Below, in pieces: positions 1-14,350 of a DNA stretch of 64,000 bases. Each line of letters starts with the position of its first letter. The stretch's first letter is position 1. This DNA comes from the human T2T-CHM13v2.0 reference genome, Homo sapiens, in assembly GCF_009914755.1 (NCBI RefSeq), contig NC_060936.1; one strand, given 5' to 3'. Position numbers and translations under genes: made by a program. Under the pieces are notes generated by a model. It saw only the letters and a program-made list of their open reading frames with translations, ran no database searches and was not told the DNA's origin.

Positions 1-919
1 AAATGATGAAGACAGTATCTATGTATATAGCCCATAAAGAGTGAATTCAAATTTTATTCCCTGCCTCTTTGGATTTATCTTAGAGTTTATGTTCAACGAT
101 GGTCATATTTAATAAGTCAGACACTAAAAAAATCTGATATAAAATTTAAAATCAAAACTTACTGAAAAGACAAATGAGCGAATGATATTCTGGTTAACAA
201 TAGACTCAGACTCACTTGAAATGGTGAGCTTTATAATAACCCATAATTCAGTTCACACAAAATTAGCATGCTTCCAGTCTTTAACTGGAATGCTCAGGTT
301 TCATAGGAGGAAAAATAAGTGTCATCAAAACTCAGTTGGCAATGTGTTTCTTGTGATCACGAAGCAGTCTGGGATCTGACACGCCTTTGGACTGTGAGTC
401 TCATGATCCGCCATCCTTGGATACATCCTCAGATTCATCAAGTTGAGACGGTCAGAAAAGCATGCAGGGGCACTTCTCTGTTTGGCACACGGCCAGTGTT
501 GGAGCACGGACTTTACAAGGAAATAGTTTTCTCAAACTTTATCCCGGTACCATTTTCCTCGCTTTCATTCCCAGCTATGTACAAAATTCTTGCTATTCCT
601 AGAGAGAGAACAAAAAGCCACAGTGGGAAATGAAAGATTTGGCATTGACGTCTCAGTCTGTGACTTCTAGGCCTCCAAATAAGGCTTTCTCTCCTCTCTT
701 CTCGTTCTTTAACAGCCCTCAGTCACAAAATTCAGCTAAATATACCACATCAATCTCTGCAGTTTGTCTTCACGGTCAGCATGCCGTCAAGGTCGTTGTA
801 CACCACGTCACCTTCTCTGTGACCTTGAGCAGGTCACTCTGCTTCCCCCTCTCGGCCTTACTTTCTTCATCCTTAAATGGAGTGCAAAGGACTAGATGGT
901 TTCAGATTTCCCCTCCAGT

Positions 920-1017
920 TTGGAGTGTGTTTGTTCATGACAGGATTCCCGGTTCCTAGCACAGTCCCTGGCACAGAGGGAGAGCTTAGTAAATGTCTGT
1001 TAACTCTGTGAATAAAT
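920..1017 (+). mobile_element. L2 3' end fragment
   Basis: CCTAGCACAGTCCCTGGCACAGAG...AGTAAATGTCTGTT. Confidence 0.6.
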
Positions 1018-1889
1018 CCGGTGATTTAACGAATCCATCCATTCCATGGTGCCGGAGAAAGGAGCAGGGGCTGAGCTTTAAGTGCTACTGTGTCATAGCT
1101 TGCTGGGTGAACTTAGTAAGTCGCTTCCCCTCTCTAAGTCCAGAGAGGGAATGAGCTTAACCCAAGGTCATACAGCCAGTAAGAGCAGAGCTAGGACTAA
1201 AACACGGACCTTCTGATTCTCTTTTACCAAGATGCCGTGCTTCAAAGGTCTTTTTTAAACTGGGAGAGGGCGCTGAGGACCTGTTGATATCATTTTTCTG
1301 TCTAGACTCTGGATTTAGAGCAACCACCACAAACTTGAGAACAAACACATGCTTGCAAAAAAGAAAGCCTCCCAGGGGCCCCTAACCAACAATTTCTCCT
1401 TCACTGCCAGTTTGAGATAAGCAGCCACCAAGGAGGCTGAGTGACGTGGACTCAGCCCACAGCCCTGCCCAGCAAGGGCTTGCTGCTTCCTCCTAGAGGC
1501 GGCTCATGTCTGGGCTGGTGGCACACACTTCTGCTTCTATTGCCTCCTAGGTGTGGGTGCCAGACACTAGAAAGAAAGCTGAGAGTAAAAGCTTAAATCA
1601 CGACGGTTTCCTTTGACCTACACCTTCTGCAAGGCAGAGGTGGCTCTGGCTCTGGTGATTAGCTATGTGCTTGAGGTGGCCTGAGCTGGGCCAGGGTTGC
1701 CCCAGTGGGTCCTGGTACCAGCTGTAAGCTTACCTCTACTCAGCTTCCCCCACTCCCAGCAGGAGGGATCATCTTCACCTTCTCCTTCCCTGGCACTGTG
1801 ACTGAGGAGTATGCTTGGAACCAGACTCCAATATACTGATTTCCAGCACAGTTCTTGCTGTCAGAGGGGCTGTGAAAAGGTCCGGCCTT

Positions 1890-2085
1890 CGCGTTCCAGC
1901 TTTGCTGCTTGCTAGCTCTGTGACTTTGGGCTGTTTCATTCTCTCTGTGCTTTGGTTTACTCATCTGTAAAATGAGCATAATAACAGCTCCCTCATGAGA
2001 CGGTTGTGAGGATTAAGTGTGTGATATTTCTAAAACACCTAATACAATGCCTGAAATACAAGACATGCTAATAAGTACCAGTAGT
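1890..2085 (+). mobile_element. MIR
   Basis: TGTGACTTTGGG...CTCATCTGTAAAATGAGCATAATAACAG...GTTGTGAGGATTAA core. Confidence 0.8.
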
Positions 2086-2499
2086 TCCTTGGAGTCCTGA
2101 GATGTTTCCCAAGAGTTTAAGAACCAAAGCAGCTGGGGAGGAGAGGAAAAGTGAGTAGGGTTATTGGGTCCCGGCTTTAACTCCAGCAAGTGCCCTGTTA
2201 TCTGTTGTGTATGTTTGATCCACCTCTAAGAAAAGTCTGAAACCTCTGCTCCTAGTCCAGCCCCTTCACATGGCAGATGAAGAATCTGAAGCTCGGGTCC
2301 TTGGAAATGTCAGTGTTGCATGGCTTGTCCAAGATGGCCCTGGGACGATATCCTGCACTAAAAGCACAAGCTCTGCAGTTATACCGCCTAGCTTTGTGAT
2401 CTTGAGCTGGTTACTTAACCCCTTCATGCCTCAATTTCCTCATCTTTAAAATGAGAGAAGACAACAGGGCCTACTTCTAAGAGTTTTTATAAGAAGTAA

Positions 2500-2501
<2 letters not shown>

Positions 2502-2531
<30 letters not shown>

Positions 2532-2558
2532 TACACATACACACACACACACACACAT
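2502..2558. repeat. (AT)n(CA)n compound microsatellite
   Basis: Seen directly. Confidence 0.95.
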
Positions 2559-2572
2559 ATGTAAAGTACTGA

Positions 2573-2858
<286 letters not shown>

Positions 2859-3277
2859 TAAAGTGCTTAGAATGGCATCTGGCTTATAGTGCTCCTTAAG
2901 CATTAGTGATTATTATTAGAAAACTTGACCCCACTTCACAATCTAATAAAATTTAACCTTGAGTAGGATACCGAGTTTTAATATATGCATTGCTATCCAC
3001 TGACAGCCAGGAAGCTTCATGAAGCAAGAATAGCACCAGCAGGCTGTGGCCCACACTGAGACGGGATGGGCACCATTTGTCTCCTTCATTCCTGAAGCGC
3101 CCCAGCTTGGGCCAGGCACCCTTGTTGGGACGGTGAGTGGTGGAGAGATTCAGTTAGATGAAGGGGGAAAGCCCATGGAGGCTGAAAAAGGAAAGTCTGG
3201 AAAGAAGCGAGGATTTAATCTAAGCAATTTCTTCCCCAACAGCTATCATTTGCAGCCGGGCTTGTGGGACCGCTTGG

Positions 3278-3303
3278 GCGCCATTTTGACCACTAGAGGT
3301 CAG
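3278..3303 (+). promoter_or_regulatory. Adjacent YY1-like and CTCF-like motifs
   Basis: GCGCCATTTTG followed by CCACTAGAGGTCAG (13/14 match to CCASYAGRKGGCRS). Confidence 0.5.
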
Positions 3304-3849
3304 TGAATGTTTACTCTCCCCAAAGTGTGGGTCTCCAGGAGAGGCGATGTCCGTAGATCACCCGTAGTACCTCTCCATCCCTCTCCACCACCGCCCCTTT
3401 TGTGGACCTGGGTTTGGTTTGATTTTCCAGGAGTCTAAGTCATCCACAATTTTCTCCTGTTCCTTCCAGAACCAGGTTAGCCTTTGCAGGGCAAGGCTCT
3501 GGGCCAAGGGTGGAGAATATGATATGTGTCCAGAGATCACTTTTTCCTCTAAAGCCCACAGGCTCAAATGCTCAAGACTGTCAGTGGCACTCATTTTATA
3601 ACAAACGCAGTCTAAACTCTTCCAGGTCTGCTAACTCTCATCCTTCCACCACGGCATTACATCTTGTCATCTCTCCCCAACTCCGCTCACCTCTTTCCCA
3701 ATCATGTATCCCTCTGTAGGACTCCTTCCTGTTTTCCAAGGCATGCATCAAACACTATAATTCTCCATTCTAGAACCTATAATACATTGTCTCTCTCCTA
3801 TACTGGTTACATGTACGCATTATAGTATGTACATACTACTGCAGATGAC

Positions 3850-3976
3850 AATTGTTTTTGTCTTAGCTCATCTGCTAGACTGAGCTCCCTGAGGCCTCGG
3901 ACTATGAATTATTCATTTTTAGTGTATTCATAGTTCCTGGTGCAAATGTGATGTTAACAACTATTTGCTGAATGAA
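3850..3976 (+). mobile_element. L2 3' end
   Basis: CTAGACTGAGCTCCCTGAGG...TATTTGCTGAATGAA. Confidence 0.65.
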
Positions 3977-4049
3977 CATATTTTTCATTACAGTCAACTG
4001 ACTCCCTGGCTTAAACTGGTATGTGAGAACCTCTGTGCAGAAAGAGATC

Positions 4050-4420
4050 TGTATGCTTCCCAGAGGCGATCCATGCCAGCCTCTGCCTCAAGGCAAGCTG
4101 TGCCTAGGTTTCCCACACTGCTGGTGCTCCCCGTGGCCATGTCCTCTTCCTTCAGACAATCAGATTTCATTTTCCAGCCTCCCTTGCCATGAGAGGTCAT
4201 CATGTGACTAAATCACAGCCAATGGAAAGGGAGCAAAGTCATGTATACTTTGTTCCAGCCTGACCCGTAGAAACCAATACTGTTTCATTCCCAATCTCTT
4301 TCCCCCTTTGGACCTAGAGAAGGCACAGCCATGAGAGGAAAGGTGCCTGCATCCCTACATGACCACAAGCAAAGCCTATCTGCTGACCACGAGCGAGAAA
4401 TTAACTCTTTAATAGTTCAC
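4050..4420 (+). mobile_element. Ancient ERVL-class LTR (LTR16/MLT-like)
   Basis: TTTTCCAGCCTCCCTTGCC...CATGTGACTAAATCACAGCCAATG. Confidence 0.5.
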
Positions 4421-4519
4421 AAGAAACAGACTACAGGAAGGCCACAGGAAGGATGGGACCTTGGAGGAATTCAAAGGTCAGGGATTTTTTTTTCCCATTC
4501 ACTGTGGCAAAACATATAA

Positions 4520-4680
4520 ATCACAGAACTTTAGAGCAAGAAGGCGTGGATCCAGCCCAGAATTTTAACAGATGAACAAATTGAGGGCGAGAGTGGTAAG
4601 GCAACTCACCCAAGGTCACACAGTTACTTGGTAGCATAAAGAAGACTAGAATGTCAGTTTTCTTCCCGTTCTGTATACCA
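4520..4680 (-). mobile_element. MIR
   Basis: CAGATGAACAAATTGAGG...CCCAAGGTCACACAG. Confidence 0.65.
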
Positions 4681-5514
4681 TGTCCTGAAGGCTGCCCCAG
4701 AACGAGCAGAGTGCTGCTGAGTGGTGTGGCCAACCCTGAAAGGCTGCTGTGAAAATGTTCAACAAAGGTGTTAAGTCTCCATATCATAAGAAAAAAGAAT
4801 GGTTCATAGGTTTGGGCCACCAGGATGAAAACTAAGATCAAAATATTAAGCCAAGTTCAGCAGGAATTATGGCTGGAATACACAAGGAGTTAGGGAGAAC
4901 AGAAGAGAAATCAGCTGAAGAAATAGGGCTCCTGAAAATGTCCTTTGGCTCTGTTTGACCCAGCCCCTTGACCTAAGGAGCATAATGACTCAAAGTGTTT
5001 TGATATTTGTTATAATTGCTTGTGGCATGGGGCTGCAATCCTCACAAAGAGAACTACTGGCTATACAACTGATGGGTACAGACATCAACAATGACATGGC
5101 TGGGCAGAAATCCAAGAGCACACATAGATCATACAACAGAGATCAGAAAGACAAGTCATGATATAGTACAGTACTAGCATCTTTAAAGGTGTCAGAGATA
5201 ACTGAGGCATTTGGGTTTTTAAAAAGTGAGGATAAGCACTGAGACCTCAGGCATCTCGGGTATTCTTCAGAATCATCTCTTTTAAGGAAATCTTCCCTGG
5301 CTTCCCACTGGTTTCTCTCTGAAAGTTTAGCAACTTACTCTACAGAAATATTTCCAGCGACAGCATCATCCATCAATCCCTGTCTGTGCAGAGTAGGAAT
5401 GCACACATGTTCTTTTCCTGTCTTCACTGACTCCCGGGCAGAGCAAACTCAAAATATTCATGTTCACCTAACTCCCAGCTGCTCTATTGGTAGCAGTACC
5501 CCTTTCCATTTTTT

Positions 5515-5720
5515 ATGACACTTTACATTATCCTCATTGATCCTCACAACAAGCTCTGTGAGGTGGGGGCTATTATCATCCCATCTTACCTATAAGAAAA
5601 TTGCAGTTCAGAAAGGTGAAGTAACTTGTCCAAGGTCATCCTGTTCATAAATGGCAGACCTGGGACCTGAGCCCAAAGGGTCTGACTACAGAGATTGTGT
5701 TCTTATCACAATCTCGTACC
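5515..5720 (-). mobile_element. MIR
   Basis: ATCCTCACAAC...TATTATCATCCCATCTTAC...GTAACTTGTCCAAGGTCA. Confidence 0.8.
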
Positions 5721-5815
5721 ATCTTTCCAGATGTGTGTGCACGTACCTGTGTATGGGTGTGTACACCCAAGTGCAAGGCTTGCGGTGGGAGAACAGGGAG
5801 TATAATTTCTTTCTA

Positions 5816-6123
<308 letters not shown>

Positions 6124-6255
6124 TCAAACACTTTGAGGGAAAAGTCAACATCTAAGAGGTATTGTATTGCTCTTGCTTATCAACATAATAACCATTTTTA
6201 TTAATGCTCGTGTTTATAAAATACTCATTATTTTTGAATTTTTTTTTTATTCCAG

Positions 6256-6670
6256 AAATGAAGACTGGAGAAGCAATGGGACACACAGGCAATGGGGCTA
6301 GGCATTGGTTGTCCCCATTCATTCATGCAGCAAATGGCCATTGCGTCCCCTTCCTGTGCTAAACCTGTGCAGGTGCTGCCGGACTTCCTGGACATAAGAC
6401 CCTGTCCGGGCACTCACCACCATCATGCTTGAGGCCCTGCCCTGGTGTCAGTCTTTCCACGATGCTGACTGGCAGTGTGTCGGGACAGTCCCCAGGCAGG
6501 CCTCCCGGATACCTGTCTAGATTATCTCTGTGGTGGATGTAGCCTTTGCCCCAGCATTCACCAGTGACAAGAGAAGAATGTACTTTCATTCTTCCCAGGC
6601 TCTACCTGGGTGTGGTGGATGCTGCTGTCACTAGAAGGCTACTGTAAATAAAGCCTGCTTAATCTCCTTA
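6256..6670 (+). ncRNA. Candidate lncRNA terminal exon
   Basis: Branch-like CTCAT (6224-6228), T-tract and TTCCAG acceptor (6255), unique sequence, AATAAA at 6647-6652. No transcript evidence available. Confidence 0.35.
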
Positions 6671-7107
6671 GCCGGATGGCTGTGTCAGCCGGGTTGGAGC
6701 CGCCAGGAAAGCAGCCCATGCTTTAGATTCCCCAAATTGTTAGAGGCCGTGGGTGAGCCACAGCAGATCCCCCTGCACGGAAAAGCCTGCATTGGCTTGC
6801 CTGCTGATCAGGGTGTGCTCTGTGGGGCTTCTTCACCAACACAGAGAGTCTGAGCAAATTCCCAGGACACCAGGTGAGTGGGCAGCTTCCAGTGTTATGG
6901 CATCCACATTCTTCAATCCACTTATTCCTGGATGGGACTGTCCCTTAGAAGAAAATGGGTCCAAATATTTGCAATTGGGCCCCAGGAAAATGCAAGACTT
7001 AATGTTACCACCAACCTAGATCTCCTACGAGTTTACTGTTTAATGTTGATTAATTGCCCATTTTATCAAGCATCCCGTAGTTTCCATATATAGCGACTAT
7101 CCTATGC

Positions 7108-7560
7108 ATATCAGTTAGCCATACCACAATAGTGCTATGAGAACAGCCACCCCAACATTCAACAGCATACAACTATAAGCATTTCCTCCTAGCTCAGGTA
7201 TCAACCAGTGGGTCATCCAGGGGTTGGCTGACCCAGGGTAGGCTCAGCTGGGCTTGGCTGCAAGCTATGGATTGGTTTCTGGTCTGCTCTATGTCTCATC
7301 CTGCTGGGGCTACAGGCTTCCCAGGGAAAATTCATCCCAGAGCAAAGGATGGGTGCACAAGAGGGCAAGACCCGCCAGCTGAGCATATTGAAAATTTTGC
7401 TCTTGTCCTTTCTTCTCACAGATTGTTGTCCAAAGAAAGTCCTATGCCAGACCCAAAGCCCAGGGCAGGGCAGTACACGCTGCCCACCAGCAGGCCATGG
7501 CAAAGGTGTTTATGCACATCACTGTGGGAGACTGAAGAACGGGTACCAGGGATCAATCGG
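7108..7560 (-). mobile_element. MLT1 (MaLR) LTR, I/J-like
   Basis: TCAGTTAGC...AACAGCCACCCCAACATTC...GGCTCAGCTGGGC pattern. Confidence 0.65.
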
Positions 7561-8066
7561 CCACCATGTAAAGTCTGAGAGAAAGATGCCCCAGCTATTC
7601 TTCAGACTTTCAAAATACGCTTCCAGTTCATTAAAAAGGTGTCATGATATTCTTTTCAAAATTCTTCCAAATTCCTTTCATTTCAAATGCAAATAAATTT
7701 GGCTGTGCAATATTTTCAGAAAAGAGAAGGGAGGAGATGGCACACATTGCAAAATCAAAAAGGCAGGGTCACCCAGCTTCGAAGGGAAAGCAGGACATGT
7801 GAATGGAGAGCTGTGTTTTAGTCATGCTACAAAGGCAAGTCTTTGAGACTAAGCTCAAGCTCATTTCTAAATCTCCTGGTCTCATCTTGAGTAAGTAAAA
7901 CCATAGTTAGGGCAGGTTGCTAGCTCCCTTCCTCCCACCCACCTTTCCCCCATGGCCCGACTTCATCTATAAGATTATTCAAGGACTTTTCAAGTCACTT
8001 GATATCAAGAAGTGAAGCAGCTTGCATTCTTTCCTTGCGTGGTACTGTTATTAAAAGTTTAGTGCC

Positions 8067-8389
<323 letters not shown>

Positions 8390-8521
8390 CTAGCTCTCTG
8401 TCTGTCAAATTGGACTAACTTCAGTCCAGGGGAATGTCAGGTAAACAGAGGAAAGCAATGGCAGTGTACTCATAATAAAATAAAGAAACAAAAGGTGAAA
8501 AAGGCACATTGGAATTCTTGA

Positions 8522-8833
<312 letters not shown>

Positions 8834-9700
8834 AGGACCCCATTCTTGTCAGGGAATGCATTCTCTTTTTAAGACTGTTTTGCCATTGTCAGTGGTAATT
8901 AATCTCAATTATTCTTTTTAAAAATATCTTATGAGGAACATGCACAGTAATTATGCATTTGTAAAAGTCCAGAAGGAGAAGCACTGAAAACGGTAAGGGT
9001 ATTATTTCTGTGTCATGGAATCATAATGCGGTTTTCTTTTTTATTCTATTTTTACATTCTGTTTTTTTCTCTACTGATCATGTGTTAATTATATAATTTC
9101 TTAAAAGCTTAAAAAAAGGAAAAGGGACAAATTTAAATTTTGTCTTTTCTGGAAACGGCCGGTAAAGGGGAAAGTGTGTTTATGATATGCCACAAACATA
9201 TTCTGCAGACACTGGTTCTCCATGGGGTGAATGATATCTATGCTAGTGGCAACGGGATCCATGATAAATAAACTTGGAAAGAATTGCCTTAGACAAAATT
9301 ATAACTTAAAAAACACATACAACTGGGAGAGTTATTAGAGTTAATATCCTAAAAAGAGGGTAAATAGCATTCCCAAACACAGGGACCACCGATTCCTTTT
9401 TTCAAGAAGGAGAACTCTAGACTAGTGTTCCTTGGGAATTGCTGTTCTAGGCCATGAGTGCCAAGGCAAAAATTCTGCTGAAATAAACCCAAGTAAGTGA
9501 GGTAGGCGAACTGGGCTGTTGCCAGCCAGGATACCTAAGGAAGTCTGCATTGCCTCTTCCGGCTTTGTGGATCCCCCACAACCTCTCCCATCTTCTTCAT
9601 CCTGTGTACTCTCCCCTCTGTCCTCACAAAGCTGTGGGAAGCAAGCTGGCAATAGCTGGACTTGTGCAGAATCCTCCCTCTAAGCTAGACGCTGCTCACC

Positions 9701-10074
9701 TGATATGAGCTGAATAGCATCCCCCAAAATTCGTATGTTGAAGTCCTGACTCCCAATGTGATTGTATTTGGAGATGGGACCTTTGAGAGATGATTAGGTT
9801 TAGATGAGGTCATGAAGGTGGGGCCTCAGGATAGGATTAGTGCCCTTAAAGGAAGAGACACCAGCGAGCTTTCTCCTTCTCTCCACCCTTCATGTGAGGA
9901 TACAATGAGGAGTTGGCTGCCTGTAACCCAAGGAGAGAAGCCTCACCAGACCCTGACACTGCTGGCACCTTGATCTTGGACTTCTAGGCTCCAAAACTGT
10001 GAGAAATAAACGTCTGTTGTATAAGCCACCCAATCAATGGTATTTTATTGTGGTAGCCCCAGCTAACCAACACA
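9701..10074 (+). mobile_element. MLT1A-type MaLR solo LTR
   Basis: TG...CA termini, 374 bp, GAGAAATAAA...TAAGCCACCC; TSD TCACC/TCATC. Confidence 0.88.
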
Positions 10075-10264
10075 TCATCTATGTTCTCGGCAGCCTGCGC
10101 TGTCCTTTTGCGTAATGCACAGCATATCATTCATCCATTCAGTCTGTCATTCTTTCAAAGGATGTGTGCCTTATATGAGTCAGGCCAGGGACAAAGTGGT
10201 GAGAAAAAAAAAACACTGTCTAGAAAATTTATAAAAGACAATGAATCAATAAGATTAGTCATGA

Positions 10265-10360
10265 GTAGATAGTTGTTAAAACTGGGCAATGGACACATGG
10301 AGTTATTTTTACTATTTACCCTACTTTTGCAAATGTTTGAAAATTTCCATAATAAATGGT
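10265..10360 (+). mobile_element. Old L1M 3' end fragment
   Basis: GGGCAATGGACACATGGAGTT...ATGTTTGAAAATTTCCATAATAAA. Confidence 0.65.
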
Positions 10361-10520
10361 TTTTTTTTTTTTTAAAGTAAATACAAGAATCACACAACTA
10401 AATGCACCATTACAACTTTGGCACGTATTCTGCGGAAGAGATCGATGGTGCCGTAAGGTTACATAATGGGGAGAATCACTGTAAGGGATGGTGTGCTCAG
10501 ATGATGCAATGAATGAGCTG

Positions 10521-10813
<293 letters not shown>

Positions 10814-11054
10814 TCCTTTGTCTTATTTATCTGAGGGATCTGAATCAGGGTAGGAAAGAGGAGTCCTATTGACTAAGCCTTCTCAGAGACCTTACATAGA
10901 TGTACCCACCACCCCTCCCAGGGAGCACCAACCTCTAAGGCTCCCAGAGATGACCTGGACACCTGTCTATGACTTCCAGGTCACTGCTACGCCTCCCCCT
11001 AAACTTCCTATCTCTTTGCTTTTAATCCTTGCTGGAAGGTCTGACCCTTACTTT

Positions 11055-11550
11055 GATTCATTTATTTAATAATTAAGATTGGGAAGATTCTTTTCTCATA
11101 GGGTTTACCATTTTATGAGAGGACAATCACAAGAAAGAAGCACATTTTAAAAAAAAAAAAAGATGATTTCAGAGAGTGGTAAACACTATGAAAGTAAAAT
11201 GAGGCAATTTGAGGCAATGTAATGGAGAATATCTGTGGGCAATTTTAGATTGGGTGGTCAGGAAATGGTATGTCAAAGGACGCCTGAATGACAGGAAGTC
11301 GCCATGTAAGCATCTGGAAGAAGGGCATTCTGGACAGAGGGAATAGCATCTGCAAAGGTTCTGAGGCAGGAAGGAGCTTGATATGTTTGAGAAGCAGAAA
11401 TAAAAGATGTTCTGGCTGAAGCACCATGAAAGAAATGAGCATGACCCAGGGTGGAGTGAGAGAGGTTGGCAGGAAATAGATCACGAGGGGCCTTGTGGGC
11501 TGTGGTGAAGAGTGAGGGGTTTTGGTTGAAGTGGAAGGGGAAGCCATTGT
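11055..11550 (-). mobile_element. L2
   Basis: GGGTGGTCAGGAA...GCATTCTGGACAGAGGGAATAGCATCTGCAAAGGTTCTGAGGCAGGAAGGAGCTTG. Confidence 0.8.
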
Positions 11551-11921
11551 TCACTTTCTTGACTAGAAGCTCCTGGAACTTTGGTGTTCTTGACCCTACA
11601 CTATATTCCATCTACTTTGAACCTCTTCGTGACATATCAGGAAGAAACCTGGGTTTTTCCTGTGATAATTACTGTTCCCATGACAAGTCATCACTCCTGC
11701 CAAGTTTGTTCTTGTTTTGTTTTGATTTTTTAAAAATATAATAAAGAATTCATGCTTAACCCAAAGAAGTGAGTCACTAAGAGTAAAATATCAGGCAATT
11801 CTGAGGAAAAACCTTAGGGATCCCTTCAGATCTCCAGACTAGGCAACACCCTGCTTGGTGTGTGCATAATTCTAGACTCAGGGACAAGTACAGTAAAAAT
11901 GGGAAGGAAGAGTAGAAAGAA

Positions 11922-12047
11922 TGGGAGGTTGAGACAGGAGAATCGCTTGCACCTGGGAGGCGGAGGTTGCAGTGAGCCAAGATTGTACCACTGCACTCCG
12001 GCCTGGGTGACACAGCAAGACTCCATCTTAAAAAAAAAACACAAAAA
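11922..12047 (+). mobile_element. 5'-truncated AluS right arm
   Basis: GGAGAATCGCTTGCACCTGGGAGGCGGAGGTTGCAG through A tail. Confidence 0.9.
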
Positions 12048-13306
12048 CTGCTGATTATCTCAGCAAAGAACGCAAAAAATTGGAAGCACATCTCCCAAAG
12101 AGAGAAAGAACTCATGCCACGCTCCTGGGGAAATCCCCTTCTTAACCAGTTTAACACTTTTTAAAGGCAGAGCTGAACAGAAAAAGGAGATAAATCATAT
12201 TATCGAAGCAGTCTTACGGAGGTTTTGTTCAGAGTAGATGATGTTGGAGAACGTGGGTGGGGGGAAGATTCTCGTGCTCAGTTGAAATATATCCCATCCA
12301 AACTGAAAAACCCGGTTTTTTTTTTACTCTGTCCTGCCAAAACCCAGCTCCAGGCTGGTGGCTCCTCAGCGGTGACCAATGCCGGCACTGCAGGTGCACA
12401 CAGAAAGGCACCCACGAGGAAGCGCCCGCACTCTAAAAGCAGCCAGAAATTGCCTTTGTGCCAGGCTAACCCTTATTGGCTATAGAACTCTTCAGATTCA
12501 TCTGGAGATGAGGATGAGGGTTTTGTTTCTAGTAACTGAGTCTCCAACTAGGAAAAGGCTTCAGAGGTCATAGCCTGCCTATATGATAGGACAACTGGAA
12601 TTTCTCCTGCTCCAGAATCATAAGGGTCTCAAATTCATAGATCTTTAGAAAACCTCAGTGAGGTGCCCTCTACTCTGCTCTAAGCTGCATACCTTCTAGA
12701 GTCACACACTTTCCAAATAGTTCTTGTGCAGCTGGAGGCAGAAGGTTTCAGTATTATTGGGAGCACTTCTTCCTTTGATCTGTGTGCCATGCTATCAGGA
12801 GCAGAAATCAGAAAGAAGCATTCTGATTTGCTACTCAGCCAAATGAGGAACCACTAAATCCCCTGGAAGGTCCCTGTCTCTCTTGAAGTGCCACAGGGAC
12901 AGCTTGGCCCAGAGCCCAGCAGAGGAAGCTGGGAGCCTCTTCTTCTCTCGTTCAAGATCTCTATCTACAAATTGCAGTCTGAAACCTGCCATACAGAGAT
13001 AGTGAGAGCTATAGACCTGGATAAGCCAGGTACCAGTGCAATCAAAAGTGAACAAAACTATTACAAAAAGCAAGTGAGGTATGCAGGGAAGAAGGAATGT
13101 CCCACGCTTGTTTGAGTTTAGTTCCTGTCTGAGCATGAAGCAGGATGGGGTTTCTGAAATGCCTTCCTTCTCCTCCCCCTTTCTAAGTTCAATTCCTTTC
13201 AACTCAACAAACTTCTATTAAATGTCTGTAGTGTGCCAAGCTGACTCTAACATGGTCCCAGGCCTTGGAGAGCTTACGATGAGGTGGAAGAATCAGCTAG
13301 CAAGAA

Positions 13307-13907
13307 CAGGGCTTAACAAACTCGGGTCCATTGACCTAATCCTGCCTGCTGCCTGTTTTTGCATGGCCTATAAACTAAAAATGATTGGCCGGGCACGGTG
13401 GCTCACGCCTGTAATCCCAGCACTTTGGGAGGCCAAGGCGGGTAGATTACGAGGTCAGGAGTTCAAGACCAACCTGGCCAAGATGGTGAAACCCCATCTC
13501 TACTAAAAATACAAAAATTAGCCAGGCCTGGTGCCAGGCACCTGTAGTCCCAGCTACTTGGGAGGCTGAGGCAGAGAACTGCTTGAACCTGGGAGGCGGA
13601 GGTTGCAGTGAGCCGAGATCGCACCACTGCCCTCCAGCCTGGGCGACAGAGCAAGACTCTGTCGCCAAAAAAAAAAAAAAAAAATTCACTTTTTTTTTTT
13701 TTTTCTGAAATCAAAAGAGGAAGTATATGTTGTGGCATATGAATATGATATGAAAGTAAAATTTGAGTGTCCAATGCCCATGTTTCCCTATTGCCCACGA
13801 CTGCTTTTGCCCTGAGTGGCTGAGTTGGTGCAACCAAGACCGTAAGGCCAGCAAAGCCTAAAATATTTACTACCTAGCCATTGACAGAAAAAGTCTTCTG
13901 ACTCCTG
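13307..13907 (+). mobile_element. MER58B hAT-Charlie MITE, interrupted by an Alu
   Basis: CAGGG...CCTG termini, GCAAAGCCTAAAATATTTACTA motif, 8-bp TSD AGCAAGAA/AGCGAGAA. Confidence 0.85.
13387..13684 (+). mobile_element. AluSg-type (Sg4/Sg7-like)
   Basis: GGCCAAGATGGTG and GAGGCAGAGAA variants. Confidence 0.92.
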
Positions 13908-14109
13908 AGCGAGAATTATGTCCTCAGCAGCTTTTGCACAAAAGATAGTACTATAAGGTCATTTCCAAAGTTAAGAAAAATTCAATGTTACCCAAGCATT
14001 CTTGTGTATACTATTATGTATAACAAATTACTTAATGACCTGGCTTAATTGCTTCTCTGTTTTGTAGATTGGGAGTGGGCTGGTACAGTACAGCAGAAGG
14101 TACTGGAGA

Positions 14110-14350
14110 TAAGGGTCACGGGTGATACTCATATTCGGACTGCCCAGGTTCAAATCCAAGCCCCACCGGTAACGAAAGCATGACCTTAGCCAACGTGCTT
14201 CACTTCACTCTGCTTCAGTTTCATGATCTATAAGTTTGACATAATAAACAATCTACCTAATACAGTTTTCCTAAAGATTATTTCATTAAAAAGGTATAAA
14301 GCACCTAAAACAGTGCCTGACACACAGGAAGTATTAGCCATTATTATTAT
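14110..14350 (+). mobile_element. MIR
   Basis: GGTTCAAATCC...TGACCTTAGCCAA...TAAAGCACCTAAAACAGTGCCTGACACA. Confidence 0.78.

Noticed and set aside
6230-6600. Minus-strand processed pseudogene ending in the T-run at about 6239-6250
   Set aside because: No TSD or recognisable parent ORF; the T-run fits better as a + strand polypyrimidine tract.
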